A DNA stretch of 64,000 nucleotides. It comes from the human T2T-CHM13v2.0 reference genome, Homo sapiens. The translations under genes were made by a program, and so were the position numbers. The notes beneath the pieces are model-generated. The model was not told the origin of the DNA and made no database searches. It was given only the letters and a program-made list of their open reading frames with translations. Numbering within the stretch: the stretch's first letter is position 1; every line of letters starts with the position of its first letter. This document shows positions 26,118 through 42,779 of the stretch, piece after piece. The stretch is from NCBI RefSeq assembly GCF_009914755.1, contig NC_060931.1. One strand, 5' to 3'.

Positions 26118-27379
26118 CTTTTAGATCATTGTTATCTCTCACCTGGATTTTATCAATCCGGAAGCTGATCTCCCTGCTCTAAACTGTTTTGTTGATCTTA
26201 CCATCCAAAGTAAATATTTGTTGAGGAATATATCTTCCTAAAATCCAGGCCCAATTAGACACAAGGGACATTGAGACCCTAGAAACTTAGCCTTATTTGA
26301 ATATGCCACACATTCATGTGCTATAAATCTCCCTTAACTATAGTTTCCAGCCTGTAATGCTCTTCCTAGCCCTTAAATATTTATACATGCTAATCTATAA
26401 GACCTAGCCTCTTCTACGAAGCCCTCTATACTCACATTCACAACTCAGAGCTCTTCTTCTCTGAAACTGTCTTGAATAAGAGTATACCTCTCTGACAGTT
26501 TTATCTCATAGCAAGTCTGCCTCACAGTGAAGTTACTTCTACCTGTATTTGTCTACCTCTGTCAATCCAAAGCTCTCTAGAGGGTGAAGGTATCTTTCTT
26601 AACAATTTTTCTTCTTCTTCAACTATTAATTCCTCAGCTTATTAGTCTGTTCAAGTAGAGAAGCTCCTCTATTAGGTATTCTCTAATTTCAGATATAAAA
26701 TATACACATTTCCAGCATATAAGATGCAAACAAGCTACAGTCCAGAGCTAAAGTTTTAATAAGTCCTCTTCATTCACCACTGACAAATGGCGTTTGGGAT
26801 TGATTACTTCAGTCTCAACCATCTCTTGTTTACAAGTAGTCTATAGCATGCTTATTGAGTCTGTAATTCACTTTTAGCCTTTTTTTTTAAATTAAGAAAA
26901 AAGCATCAAATCGTCAAAAAAAAAGTAGAAATTGAGAGGATATTGAAAGGCCTGGGAAGATGAAGTCATGATGAAAATAAAACAAAGAAAAACTCATTTA
27001 AAAAATGAAAAGAGCAGGAAAATGGAGAGTGTTGTAGATTGAATCTTTGCTGCTAGACATGATTTTAAAGGATGAACTACATCAAGTGTGCCATGTCAAT
27101 GTGATGCCAGTATAATTAATCACAAGTAATAAAAGGGAGGTATATACTGAGGAAATGAGAAAATATTTTAAGGATTTGTTTAGAAGCAGCACTGTTCAAT
27201 ATAAGAACTACTAACAACATGTAGTTATTTAAATTTAAGTAATGGAAATTAAATAAAATTTAAATTCAATTCCTCAGTCCCACTAGTCACATTTCAAGTG
27301 CTCATTAGCTACTTGTAGCTAGTGGCCACCATATTGGATAGTGCAGATATCAAACATTTCCATCATCATGAAAAATTAT

Positions 27380-27732
27380 ATTTATTGCAGCACTATTCAT
27401 AATAGCAAAGAGATGGAATCAACTTAAATGCTCTTCAAAGGTAGACCGGATAAAGAAAATGTGGTACATATACACCATGGAATACTATGTAGCCATAAAG
27501 AAGAATGAGAGCATATCCTTTGCAGCAAAATGAATGGAGCTGGAGGCCATTATCCTAAGTAAGCTAACATAGGAACAGAAAATCAAATATGACATGCTCT
27601 CATGTAAAAGCGAGAGCTAAACATTTAGTACATACAGACACAAAGAAGGGAACAACAGATGTAAGGGCCTACTTGAGGTCGGAGGGAGGGAGAAGGGTGA
27701 GGATCGAAAAAGTATCAGGTATTATGCTTATT
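27380..27732 (+). mobile_element. L1PA15/16-type fragment (ORF2 end and part of 3' UTR), no poly-A
   Basis: GGATAAAGAAAATGTGGTACATATACACCATGGAATACTATG; GGCCTACTTGAGG...GTGAGGATCGAAAAA. Confidence 0.85.
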
Positions 27733-27747
27733 AAGAGTTCTATTATT

Positions 27748-28076
<329 letters not shown>

Positions 28077-28348
28077 CTAGAATTAGCAAAGCCAAGTGCC
28101 TTGTAGCCTCAAGTCACCAGAGGCGGTTTGTTAGAGAATGTAGAGGCCAAATATGGCAAATAAGCTGGTGATAAAATTTTGGTCAAAAGCAACAGAGGGC
28201 TCCACGGAGTTGAGGCACATCAGAATCTACTCAACATCAGTGGGAGGGAGGAAAAAGTCAGTTCTGAATTGATGACCCAGAGTCAATAGTATGGAGCACA
28301 TCAAGAGCATCAAGCATTACCACTGTTATTTGCTTTTTTCAATCTAGG

Positions 28349-28638
28349 TTTTTTTTGAGACGGAGTCTCGCTCTGTTGCCCAGACTGGACTGCAGTGGTA
28401 CGATCTTGGTTCACTGCAATCTCCGCCTCCCAGGTTCAAGTGATCCTTCTGCCTCAGCCCCACTAGTAGCTGGGATTATAGGCATGAGCCACCATGCCCG
28501 ACTGATTTTTGTATTTTTAGTAGAGACGGGGTTTGGCCATGTTGGGCAGGCTGGTCTTGAACTCCCGACCTGAGGTGATCCACCCACCTTGGCATCCTAA
28601 AGTGCTGGGATTACAGGCATGAGCCACCGTGCCCAGCC
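28349..28638 (-). mobile_element. AluS (Sx-like)
   Basis: Full dimer; TSD CAAT(C/G)TAGGTTT. Confidence 0.95.
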
Positions 28639-28682
28639 CAATGTAGGTTTAAATGTATGTTTTGGGAAGAGATACTAGATCA

Positions 28683-28894
28683 CAGTATTTATCAAACTGT
28701 GGGGCAAAATCAATTAGGGGGTCATGAATCATTTAGGACCCAGCAGACATTTTAAAATGAAATAGAACAGACTAGAACATATCAGGCCACGTTTCATGCT
28801 GCAAAATCAAATATTGTTGCAGAAACTTCTGCGTCAATGAAATATGTATGTATTTCTTAATGTGGGTCAGTTGCCAAAAGTTTGAAAGCCACTG
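28683..28894. mobile_element. hAT-Charlie MITE
   Basis: TIRs CAGTATTTATCAAACT / AGTTTGAAAGCCACTG. Confidence 0.65.
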
Positions 28895-30079
28895 CTTTTC
28901 AGAACATAGATTAGCGAAGAAGAGAAAAGTATGTCTAGTTTTTAAAATGCAAAAAGACAGACTCACCTTGCATCTGGAGAATACAAGCTTGAACCCTTCT
29001 CAGTGCCTCAGGCTTAGGAAAAAAAAAACCATCAAACTTAGAAACAGCTTCTCAGAATCTAACCTGTTTGTTCTTTGCTCTTACTTCCTAGAAAGGTCAG
29101 TGGATTATCACTGATTCCTGGATTGTCTGCATCCCAGAAGAAACTTTTTTTTTTCTCTGCCATGGGGGATATCTTGCAACTAGAAACTGTCTGTGTTTGC
29201 CTGGCAGAAGTGGACTGACCCGGGGAGTCAGGGTTAGCAACTTATAAAGTGGGTGCATGTGAGAGGCAAGACCAGAAAGCCTGTGACGTATTCCCCAGCT
29301 GCACAGCCCAAGAGTCACCTTCCTACTTGGCAGAAACAAAAGCTCTATTAAATTTTGAGAGAGAATAATGCTTGTCTTATTCACATATTAATATGATTTA
29401 TTTAAAAAACCCTGATCCCGTTGCCTCAGAACGACTTATAATGCTCTGTTTATCTCTTGGATCGCTGACAATGAGAGTTCAGATTTCTCCCTCCAGCCTT
29501 CTGAATGATCTTTTTTGGAGCTGGTGGGAGCCTCTTGTACTTGCTACCCTATACATTACATAGTAACATGGAAACGTTGATTGCTGACTTAGGCCAACTT
29601 AATTAAAAATTAAAAGAACAAACTCTAGCTTAATGAAAATTCCTATGGATGGCCACCCAAATTTGCTGAAACCCTGAAAACTTGATTAGTCCCTTAAAAA
29701 TAGCATTGATTACTTATAATTGTCATTAGAAGTTCAGTTTCAAAATTCTTTCCTCAGGTTAAAGAAGAAATCAGTTCTGACTGAAATTTATACATCTACT
29801 TCTAATTATCAACGTTTCCACAACGTTGCCTGTGGAAATGTTGATAATTTAGAAGAAGCAGATGTATAAATTTTTGCTCTGATGGGGGTAGATGTTAATG
29901 GAAATTTTAGAAGTAATTTTCTCAGGGCATTTGAACGGATGAGATATTCCCAAATTATTTGGCCTGAACTTCTTATACTTAGTTTTACAAAGGTAGTGAC
30001 TAACCAAGTTACACTTCAGAATGTTTCCATGTGTTTTCTCCAAGAGGTACTGTCATTATGACTAGGGCTCAACTGCCAA

Positions 30080-31455
30080 CTACATGCATTAATCCCAAAT
30101 TACATCAATCTCCAAATTATATTGCCTTAGGAACTTAGACTCCTGGGTCCTGCATTCCCAGGGACAGCTCCACCTGAATCTCCAGGGGCACCTCAAATTC
30201 AACCTGTACAAACCTAAGTTCATCATCTTCCTGCCTCAAACCTCTGCATTCTCTAGCGGAATCCCTGCCTGGGGGATGGTGTTCAGCATTTACCTCATTT
30301 CTTAAGCTAGCAGCCTTGCGGTGGTCTTGAAGGTTTCCCTTGTCACCAGCTTCCACATTAGAGTTTTATCAGTTCTTCCTCAGATATGCCGCTTACATCT
30401 CAGACCCCCTGGCAGTGTCTGGCTCCGGCTTCACTATCTTTACCTCCATGACAGCCGTGGCTTCTTAATGGCCTTTCTCTCTCTTCTAGTTCCTCATCCA
30501 TGTGTCTTCTGTGTTATCTTCCTGAAAAACAAATAAACATATTCCTGGTGCACCTCTGTGTGACTGTCCCTTGTAGGATAATTTCTGTTATCTCTCTGTT
30601 GTCTGTAGGATGAACTGGAACTCCTTGAGAAGACAAATGCCTTTCACAACGGGCCCCTCTTTTCTCTGCTTCTCTCACCTTCGTTGCTTTGGCCACCCTG
30701 GGTTTCCTTCCACTGCCTTCAGATAAAAGGTGTTTTTTTCATGTTCCCTGTCTTTGCAGCACTCTTTCTCTTAGAATGCCCATATGCATTTTCAGAAAAA
30801 CACCTTTTTATCATCTAAGAGTAAACTCAATGCCACTGCCTCTGGGTACCTTTTGTAATGACTCCGTGAAGTTTGTTAGTTTATTGCTCCCTCTTTTTTC
30901 CATGTTTCTATTAGAGCACTTTTCACATGGTATCATGATTACCAACTAATGTGTGTGTGGTACTCATTAGGGCTGCTCTTCAAATGTTGATGCATCTTCC
31001 CATCTAATTGTAAGGTAGAATTGCTCTTTCTGGGCTTCTTGTGGTTGGATGGGGGCCAATAACCAGTACTGGGCAACAAATTGAGAGCAGAAGAGATGAG
31101 TCTCATTTCTAGGATGGCACATTTAATTGCCCGTACAAGAGCCTTGAGAGATCTTTTTTCTTCTAGCATGGTGACTAGCAATGTTAAAGATGGCCCCTGC
31201 TCCATCAGCCTAGGCACCTCCCAATCCACAGTGCGTGCATAACATGAGCAAGAACCTTTGCTAATTTAGGCCGAGGAGAAGTTGGTATTGTTTGTTACTG
31301 TAGCACACTCTAGCCAGTCTTTCCTGATATATTGTGTGTCACTCCCATGGGATGGGACAGTGGACTCCTCAATGGGCTCAGTGTATTATCTTAGTGTCTG
31401 TATTGTCTTGCAAGTGCATGGTAAGGGTTCAGTGACATACTTGTTGAATGAATGC
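30080..31455 (+). mobile_element. L2 remnant with an embedded MLT1 fragment (about 31000-31330)
   Basis: GCACCTCAAATTCAACCTGTACAAACC...; ends CTTGTTGAATGAATG; MLT1 end TTGTTTGTTACTGTAGCA. Confidence 0.6.
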
Positions 31456-32439
31456 ATACAGAAATACGGTATTTATTATTAGAGAGATAAGGAGAAAGCC
31501 ATTAATGAAATTATTGTGTTTCTATGTCTGTTAAAAATAATGGTCACTTGAGAAACATACTTAAAGAATTCAAAACTGCTGTCTTCGATAACAGTTTTCA
31601 TTCAGTTTTATGTGCAGTTTTGTATTCTGGTTCTGGACCTTGCATTGCAAGGTGTGGAATATTTGCTAAAGAAATGGCACAAGATTAACATGTTTCATTT
31701 GCAAATCTTGGTACGGTTGGCCGACTTTTCCTAATGGACCCTCAGTTCTTTTTAGGAAACAGCTGCGTGCATTGCCTTGATGGGGCAAGCCCCTGGACGA
31801 GCCAGAGGTCTGCGGAGACCCAGTACACTGGCTTCAGATGTCTGCCCAGTTATCCCCACAGAAGTTAAGGAACTAGCTGTTTTGAAGCAACTTTAACACA
31901 GACTTTTTTTTTTCCATCGTGATGGAAAATGACATGGAGCTGTCCTTGGGCCAATTGTGTGTAGCCTTTGTAAGTGACCAACACTTTGCCAAAGTCCCAC
32001 ACACAAACTAGTTATTTGCGTTTGGAGCTGCCTCCTCTGTCTTCCTGGCAGAAGCTCAACATTAGGAAATTGTGACTAATAGCAAGGAGAGAGAACCCTT
32101 GAGGCTTATCTAGCCAGGGAGAGTTTCAAGGAGCCAGGAAAAAGTAAAATCTGGCTCAATTAACCAAGATAAGATAGGAACAAGCAAACTGGACAATCCT
32201 TTCAAAAGGGACAAACACAGACACAGGGATTTCTGAAAGGAATCATGGGAATTATTAGTGTCTGGTTATTATTTTATTGCATGGAAGCACATGCAACTTG
32301 TGCTTCTCCAAACCTGTGATGCAGGCAAGAGATTCTAAAGCCTTTGCAAGCTGTAAACACAACATTTTTTTTTTTTTTGTAAGAAAAGGCAAGAGAAGGA
32401 GTGCACTTAACAGAAGAGGACCAGCCTGGTAGCACTTCC

Positions 32440-32620
32440 CAGAGCTACCACCTGTCTGCTGTGCTTAGGCAAGGCACCTCACCACACTGCATCTTGGTTT
32501 CCTCATCTGCAAAATGCTGTGTTATTACAGCAGTGTGTTGTAAAGATTCAATGAGGGAATGCATGTGAAGCTCTTACTGTTCTTATTAAGCACACACTGA
32601 ACTCTCCAGTAAGTGTTAGC
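32440..32620 (+). mobile_element. MIR
   Basis: TTGGTTTCCTCATCTGCAAAATG...CAGTAAGTGTTAGC. Confidence 0.7.
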
Positions 32621-33976
32621 AGTTACACAGTTCTGAGATATGCATTAGGAAGTCCATTATGTAAAAACCCTGCTCTGCTCTTTAAAATGAACAAGAGTGG
32701 AGGGGTTTATGGTTTAGGGGTGAGGGGCAGAGACGTGAGGCATAGGAGATGACTGAGCATTTCTTGTGGCAACTTGTGCTTCTGGTTCCTTACAAGTAAA
32801 CTGTCTTATAAGAGATACTTTTTGGTCCTGTTGTCTCTGCAGAAGGCAGCAGCAGCTCAGAATGGCAAGCTTTCTGCTGATGGTAACAACCTGGTAATCG
32901 AACAAAGCCCACAGTCTTTGCTTTGAAAAACCAGAGGCCCAGGAGTAGCTGTTTTCTTTCAGACTGCATTTGAGCTTTGTCAGCTGGCTGGGCTGAAGTT
33001 TATCCTGTGTCCACTTCCCTTATCAGCCGCCCATGGCAGGCACACGCTTCTTTGCTCAGTGAATGGCAGGACTTCAGGACTCCCCGTTGACAGAGCTAAT
33101 CCATCTTTCTGCTGCTTCCATCTTGAAATAACTTTTGGAGCAGCTTGTCAGGAACATGGAAGCAGCCATGACAGCTGGGAAATTTTCTCAGGCAGGGAGT
33201 AGCCATTTTCTGTATGGAAACTCCAACGAAGCTATGTCAAGGAGATGGCCCGAAACATCTGGGCTCATTTATGGGGGGAATGGGAGGCATTCTCACAGGA
33301 CAGCCCGATGTACCCCACTGATAAACCCTCTAACACATTTTCGGGAAAGGAGGCTTCATGGATAGGAGAGCCCCTGACAAAGTCAAGATATCCCTCATCC
33401 CTCCCAGCCTACTGGAGCCAGCTATTGTCCACATCACCCACTGTCACCAGAGCAGGGATGCAACTAATTCCTGTTCCTGGAATGGGCTTCTGGCACTGCC
33501 CCCACTTCAGGGTCCCCATGGCTCCAACATCTGCAGATGCACTGGCATAGGGTCATTTCCATGTGATCGGTCTTAGGTTTTGGGGACCTGTTGTTTGACA
33601 ATAGAAAGCAAGAGGGTGGAGACCTGCTTCTCACCATTCGTTCTTCTCCCTCTAGAGCTGGATTTTCCTCCATATTAAAGATCCCAGGTTCATGAGAAAC
33701 CAAGTCATCTTAAAAGCTGGTTAGAGTGAAATCAACCTTCCTGCTTTTCTCTTCTTCCCTACAAAGTCAGAAGTCAGGTTAGAAACTCCCTTGCAGAAAA
33801 GAGTCCATGTAGTTTGGCCAGATGGAATGTTGCGATATGGAAGCTTAGCCTGCTCAAAGTGGGTGTTTAGGAGGTTTTCAAGCTGGGCCCAAAGTCCAAC
33901 TTGGGTAAGACCACCTGATTACACAACTCCAGTGGGGCGGGGGGTGGGGTTCCTTCCCCATCGTAGACTGTGCGAG

Positions 33977-33995
33977 TGGCGCCCTCTGGAGTCAT
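33977..33995 (-). promoter_or_regulatory. Candidate CTCF site
   Basis: Minus strand ATGACTCCAGAGGGCGCCA matches the CTCF core; local CpG retention and GC box at 33934. Confidence 0.55.
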
Positions 33996-34809
33996 GCGGT
34001 GCACAACCTGCCCGGCAGGAGGCAGCAGCCTGAACTTGAGGCTCAGTTCCCACAAGACCAGTGATTTTCAGCCTCCTGTGATGCTCCACACACTGGCATG
34101 TCAAGACAATAGGAGGTGGTTGCAGGTCACTGGTTACTAGTAATAAATAAAGTACAAACATGTTCAAACACATTCCTTCTTTATTACAAGTTAAGGGAAG
34201 CTAAGATCATTGCTAGATCACTCTCACTGTGAGGGAGATATGCTGGCTTTGTTTTTCATATTTAAACATTAGATAACTGAGAAAGAGAGCAAGAGAACAA
34301 AGACAAGAGAGAGAGCTAGAGCGAGCGAGAGAGAAGGTGGTGGAGATACAGCTCCAGAATGCGAATTAGGTGTAACTGAGCACTTTATCCTACTGTGCCA
34401 GGGATATGAAAGTCATTAGTCAAGTGTGTTGCCATGGAAACAGAGTCAAAGATCACCAGACAAAACTATGAGCTCTTAGGGCAAGAATTATATCTTAGTC
34501 ATCTTCCTAAAGTTTTTCATGCTGCCTGGCACAGATAAAATGGTCAATCTACATTGAATTTCAATTGTCACTATCAATACTCCTGGCACCACTCTGCCTA
34601 TGGGGATCTAGTGAGACTTTAGCTTCCATACTTCAAAGGTGGGAAGTCACAGCTTGTGAGGCTGTGAGACATGGGGCTACCCTTGAGCTGACTGTGTGTT
34701 GCCTTTGTGAGAACCCATTTCTCACCCCTTGACTCAGATGACATTTCTCTGCTTAGTACATAGTGACCAGCCTTTTAAAAATAATCCTTTAAAAGAAACG
34801 TGAAACCCC

Positions 34810-35125
<316 letters not shown>

Positions 35126-35539
35126 TTATTAAATTTGGCAACATTGTTTACCCCCTGCTTTTTCTCATGGCATTATTATTTATCTTTATTTTAAAATGTA
35201 TTATAAATGTATTTGTCAGCAACATGGTATGTATTTTAAGAGAAGTAAGTGGTATGCTTGGTACAGATCCATTTTTTGAAATGAGAAAATCAAGGCAGTA
35301 AATTCATAGTTACATGGAAGGAGGATCTATAAAGGCAGGTTTCTCCTCCTATGCTGTGTTGTGAAACACATCTTGGCTTAAAAATCACAATAAGCTTTGG
35401 CAGTTCTAGAGTTCACGAGGTCCTCAGAGATCACCTAAAGCGGCCTTCTCTTCACAGAGGAGGTCATTGGAGGGCAAGTGAACTTGATCCTTGAGGAAAA
35501 ACATGATCTGCCTTCTGCAGTGTGGGGCATTAGAAACGT

Positions 35540-35735
35540 GTCTGGATGTGGGGGTTGAGCAGCTTGGCACTCATGCTCACATCTTGGCTCTTCTACTTGC
35601 TGTAAGATCCCTGGCAAGTTCCTTAACCCAGTCTCTTCATATCTAAAGTAAGGGTACAGTCTTACTCTGCCTGTGGGGTTGTAATGTGAATTAGCAGAGA
35701 GAGCATCTTTTGCTGCACTGGCCATGTAGTAGAGT
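35540..35735 (+). mobile_element. MIR
   Basis: CCTGGCAAGTTCCTTAACC...CATATCTAAAGTAAGGG. Confidence 0.6.
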
Positions 35736-35803
35736 CACAATTGTCATCATTAAAAAGTGCTTTCTGCTAACTGTCTTCAAGGCTATTCCCTGTCCCTGAT
35801 TAA

Positions 35804-36325
<522 letters not shown>

Positions 36326-37409
36326 TGAGGGCAAGGCTCTCTCTCAAATGGGACTTCAGCGTCTGCATAACTCTCTACAGTGCTGTTTGAAGTTGTTGAT
36401 ATTTTGCAAAATGGTGCAGTATATTCTTATTCTTTTTAATACACCTGAACCAAGGCAGATAACTGTAGATTCACATTCTAGTGACGCTCCGCATCTTACC
36501 CGAGATCACTCATTGAGTTTGCTGCAAAGCCAGAAACCTATGATGCAAAACACAAGACCACATTCCCTCCCTTCCTACCACATAAACTAAGAAAAGCTCA
36601 TGAAGCAGATGGCTAAAGACAAATAAATGATTCTCATGCAATTTGAGGCTATGCCACGCAAACAACATGCTCAAGTATGGAAGGCTGTCCTCTTTGGGGC
36701 TCTCACTGTATTCTCTTCTCTACAATATCTTAGGCCTAGACTTGAAGTTAGGATTTCAATTTTAAGGTTTATAGTGAAGCATTGATTTGTGTGGTTGCTT
36801 AATTGGCCAATGAGTATATAGAAAACTAAGGGATTTAGAACAGCCTTCAAGTTCTTCTCTCTAGCCACCTCTCTTGTTCTGCCTTGTATTACGGCTTATT
36901 AGGGGCATGACTGCTGCATTAAAGCTGACCAGGAATAATGCCTTATTCTTCTTTGCAAACTTTTCTCTCTGACTTAGTGCTGAAATCTGAGCATAAACAG
37001 TACTCTACTGTTAACTAACGGCATAGCTTTGGAACTCTGATTTTATCCCTGAAAACACATCTCCTGCAGTCTTTCTTGTCTCAAGAAATGGCATCACTAT
37101 CTACCCAGTTGCCAAAGCCAATGCCTATGTTATACATTAGTCCTCTCTTTTTTGCCCACCACCTCGCCACATCTAATCCATCAGCAAATTGTGTTAGGTC
37201 CCCTCAGAGCTGGCATTGGCTGATGTGGTCACACAGATTGTCAACATGGGAAAATTCTCCCAGACAATTTTGTAAGTCATCTCTTCCATGGACCTCCTGA
37301 GGGTCTTCATCCTCTCATCTCAGCACCCCAGTCCCTTCCACCAAGCCCCCATCTTCTATCCTCCCTCATGGTCTAACAACCAAATGGTCAATTCCTAGCC
37401 CAGGAAGAA

Positions 37410-37730
37410 TCTAACCTTTCTGAGCTCCATTGTTCTCATTCATTGTAGATGGGGACAATAATATCACAGTTAGCTTTACTATGAGGATTAAATAAGAGAA
37501 TGTATTCAAGGTTGTAAACTCATAAGGCCTGGCCTGCCCAACGTGGACACTCATAAGTAAGCTTACTTCCCTTCTGCTTTGATTAATATGGTGGGAGAAG
37601 CATGGCTTTTGGGGAAAGATAGACATGAGTACAAATCCGGGCCTCACCTCCTGACCTGTGTGACCGGGGAAATGAACCAACATATTTGAATCTCTGTTTT
37701 CTTGTCTGTAAAATAGGAATAAGGAATATC
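37410..37730 (+). mobile_element. Two adjacent MIR fragments
   Basis: TCTGAGCTCCATTGTTCTCATT...; TCTCTGTTTTCTTGTCTGTAAAATAGGAATAA. Confidence 0.6.
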
Positions 37731-37825
37731 TAGTGCTGTTCCTGGGCTTAGAGGGTATCTATCTTCATTAAATATTAACTTCCTTTGGCTAACTGAGTTT
37801 GCATTAGTGGATGGCTTTGTAATTA

Positions 37826-39275
<1,450 letters not shown>

Positions 39276-42099
39276 AATAGCCTATTTTTAAAGAGTCTAA
39301 AATTCAGACTTTTTCTAAGAATTGCCCTCTATCCTAAGAATTATTTTAGACACTTGTAGCTTTTTGGTAGGAAATTGGTAGACATCGTATGTCCCTTGAT
39401 AGTAATTCTCTCCTCCCATGCCCAGTGTACCATAGGTCATTTTCCTTTGGTAAAACTTGAATGTACTTGGCCTTGCAGATATTTTGCTGCCTGTGGTTAA
39501 GTCAGACATCACAGTGAATGAAAAGGAGCACTGGTCTGTGGTAGATACAGTTTGTTCTAGGATAGGAATGCCAAAACAGAATACTTTTAACCACCGGAGC
39601 ATTTTCCACCCTGGGACGTGTAGCTAGTGGAGCTTGTTGGCATACTGGCGGTGATTGCTTTCCTGATTTTGTCCTTTGTTTTTGGCAACCTCTAGTTTGA
39701 GTCAAGATAATAACCCTCTGGAAGAGTTTCATTGAGCCTTTGAGAATGAACAGTTGTTCCACCTCAAATCCTTTGTAGAATGAGGTGGACTATAAATGTA
39801 TCCTATGTGAACAAGTAGGTAAACAACACACATTTCTGTTGATTATCTTGTATCACTCATTTGATTAGAAGAATCTCATCACTAGATAGAAGAGTTGAGG
39901 TGCCATGAGTTTACTAAAGGCTGGGGCACCAGGAATTTGCATGTGACCCTATAAGACTAACTCCTCTGTTACTCACACCTGCCTCTTTCCTGAGCACCAG
40001 GATGGTTGAGGAAAGGGAGGGTTAGTTAGGAGAGGGTGTGCCTCTGTCCCCTCCCACCGTGTATGTCCAGGCCACTCAGTTCCTGGGGTGTTCCTTATCA
40101 AGGGATGAAACCATGAGCAATCAGGAAGGAAAGACAGTGCCGATACCACCATGGGTTCCGCTTAGTTCTTATGCGTGTTCCCAGTGTTCTCATGGAGAGC
40201 AGTTCATGGGCTCATTGAGTAAATCCAGGAAGAACATTCTTACATCTATGTGATTAATCAGTCGGCATTCTTATGTTCTCAGGGCCTACCTGCCAGGATT
40301 TGGGTTCTCAGTCGGAGAAGTATCAGCGAGTAAAGTGTAAGAATCCCTTTTTCTACTTTCCTTGCATTCCCTGAGTACCCCAATAAATGTGGGAACATCA
40401 ATCAGGCCCAATGCTTCCCTACACGGAGTTTTAGAAGGGTATCATACATATCCTGTACCCCAAATACCCAATGCCCAGTTCTCTCTGTGTCACTGGACTC
40501 TAAGGGAATGAGGTTTTCCAGAGAGATTTATTCAGGCTTCATTTTGAATGCACTAAGAAAATGAGACCTGTATGAAAGTGAAACTAGCCTCGTTTTCCAC
40601 AGGAAATCAGATCTAAAATGTGAGCGTTTTCGTTTGTGTTGGCTTTGAGTTTGGGGTGAAGGTTCGTTTAGGTTCTTGTTTTCCTTAAAATGTTCCTATC
40701 CATAGATATCCTGGCTAATGAGGCCGAGTCATGTGATCTAAATTGGCAGATGTTTCACTGAAGTCACTAAGAGTTTGGCGTAAATAAGGATTGAACAAGA
40801 ATTTAGGATTAATTTCCTTGGTCCCAAAAGGTGGACTAAGTTTTTGGGACCCTTGTTTAAAGGACTTGCATCCAGATTGCCATCCACCATCTGGGTACTT
40901 GACAAAAAGAATTTGGGTTTTTAAAAAAAGTCTCCCCTTAGTCCACTTCTAAACCCACGTAAAAGCAGTTTGGAACTGGTCAGAGCCCCACAGAAAGAAA
41001 TAGGAGACTGAGATTTTTGGATAAAAGTTTTTCTTTTTTATGGAGATAATTGGCAATAATACTGACTTTCAGCCTAGACTCCATATCCTTTATCTCGATC
41101 AGAAAACATTTTGGATAGAAAGGTGGGGTAGGAGTGAGCTCATTGCCTGCAGTGACTCCCGCACAGGGACCCTGAATAAGACATTCATTGGCAGAAAAGC
41201 AGTGGTTACTGAAAATGGCTGGGGGAAGCGTGGAGAGGAGGGGGAGTGGAGCGGGGCTTGGGTTCCTTCCTCCTCAGGGGAGCTATTTTTTGCTTTACAT
41301 GCAAAGAATTGCTTTGTACAGCCAAGTTGGTCTTGATCTTGTTTACATAAAAAAATCGAACATTTATTTTGCGCTGGGTTATTTTTTTTCTTCCTTGGCC
41401 AGTCAGAGGGTCCTAGGCAAATCAATAAACAAAGACCCTGCTCTGTTTTCACTTTGTGGTGGGGGATTGGACTGGGTAACCCTTCAGTGACTGGATTAGC
41501 TTTTCCTATGGGGACTGACATTTGCTGCTTTGGTCAGATGAGTTGTCAGTGACATGCTGGTTGTGCTGGAGACCTAGAGCCTCACGGGACAGTGGAAGGA
41601 CATGCAGGATCTCTGTCCAGAAGGTTACGTGGCAGATGGTGAAAGCAGGAGAGAACGAAAACTCTCCTCTCTGGCCTCTGTGGAAGTCAGCTGAAGCCCT
41701 GAGGCATGGGATTTGGTTACTCTAATCTTAGCCCAGTCAACAGCTAGCATTATTGTTGATCATTAAATTAACCAAAATGCCTTTAAAAACTGCAGCCCTG
41801 ATATTTGATCTGCAGTGTTTCGTGATATGAAATTCTATAGTGGGGCTCCATGCTGGGGGCAAAACAATTTTCTTTTTCTAAATTTACCTGCCGTGAACTT
41901 GGACTGACCCTTTGTTCTTTTGTTTTGGAACAACATGAAAAATAAGGGGAAAACATAATCATTGTAAAAGCCTTCTCTTAACCAATGTTGAGCTAGTGAC
42001 TCTCCAGCTGTTAAAGTTCACAACAGTGGCTTTCATAGTGTTTCATCATGTATACATCCGACCATTTTAATTATTCTTTAATTCCCATTAACTTTGATT

Positions 42100-42310
42100 G
42101 GAGCCGCATGGTTGAGGTGGGGGAGAACAAGGGTTTTGGTGTTAGGCAGACCTGGGTTTGGGTACTTATTCCATTCCTTAGACAAGTTATGTAACCTCTC
42201 TAAGCCCTGTTTTCTCATCTATATAATGGAAATACTGAGACTTATTTTAGAGATAATATCTGCAAAGAGTTTATCATAGTATAGCATACCACCCACAGGC
42301 TCCCAATACA
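42100..42310 (+). mobile_element. MIR
   Basis: GGCAGACCTGGGTTTG...ACAAGTTATGTAACCTCTCTAAGCCCTGTTTTCTCATCTAT. Confidence 0.75.
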
Positions 42311-42779
42311 TGGTCCTCATTACTGGTTTCAGTTTTCAAACTCAGAAGTGTGTGGTGACAGGGTTTCTCAAAGCAAGAGGGCCTGTGTCACCACTGGTCT
42401 GGTTTCAGTGACTTTTCACTCTTCCCAAGGGTTCTAGAACAATTGTTAGTGGTATGATCAATGGCATGTGTCATACATAATATATTTATTTGTGTGCATG
42501 TAAATACATCAAACATGCCCTACCAAACACCCCCCAAAATTGAAAGTAAATTAATTTGAATTAAGCACATTTTTTTGGTCAAACTATATTGTTGCCCAAA
42601 TTGGACATAGCTCATTACTTTGAGTATACACACGATTGAACAAGTATAAAGTAGTAGAAAAAATATTGAACTCATCAAGATATTTATGAGTCTAGGTTCA
42701 CCCACTTACCAGCTGTATATATTTGGATAAATTATTTAACTACTTTGTTAGCTGGAATAGTATATGGATACTAATTAAT

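Larger units (their letters stand above)
25120..26600 (+). mobile_element. Fragmented L2, interrupted by MER58A and FLAM
   Basis: Pyrimidine-rich L2 ORF2/3' blocks on both sides of the inserts. Confidence 0.5.

Noticed and set aside
40820-40851. 10-bp stem hairpin GGTCCCAAAA...TTTTGGGACC
   Set aside because: Too short for a pre-miRNA; plausibly chance or collapsed MITE termini
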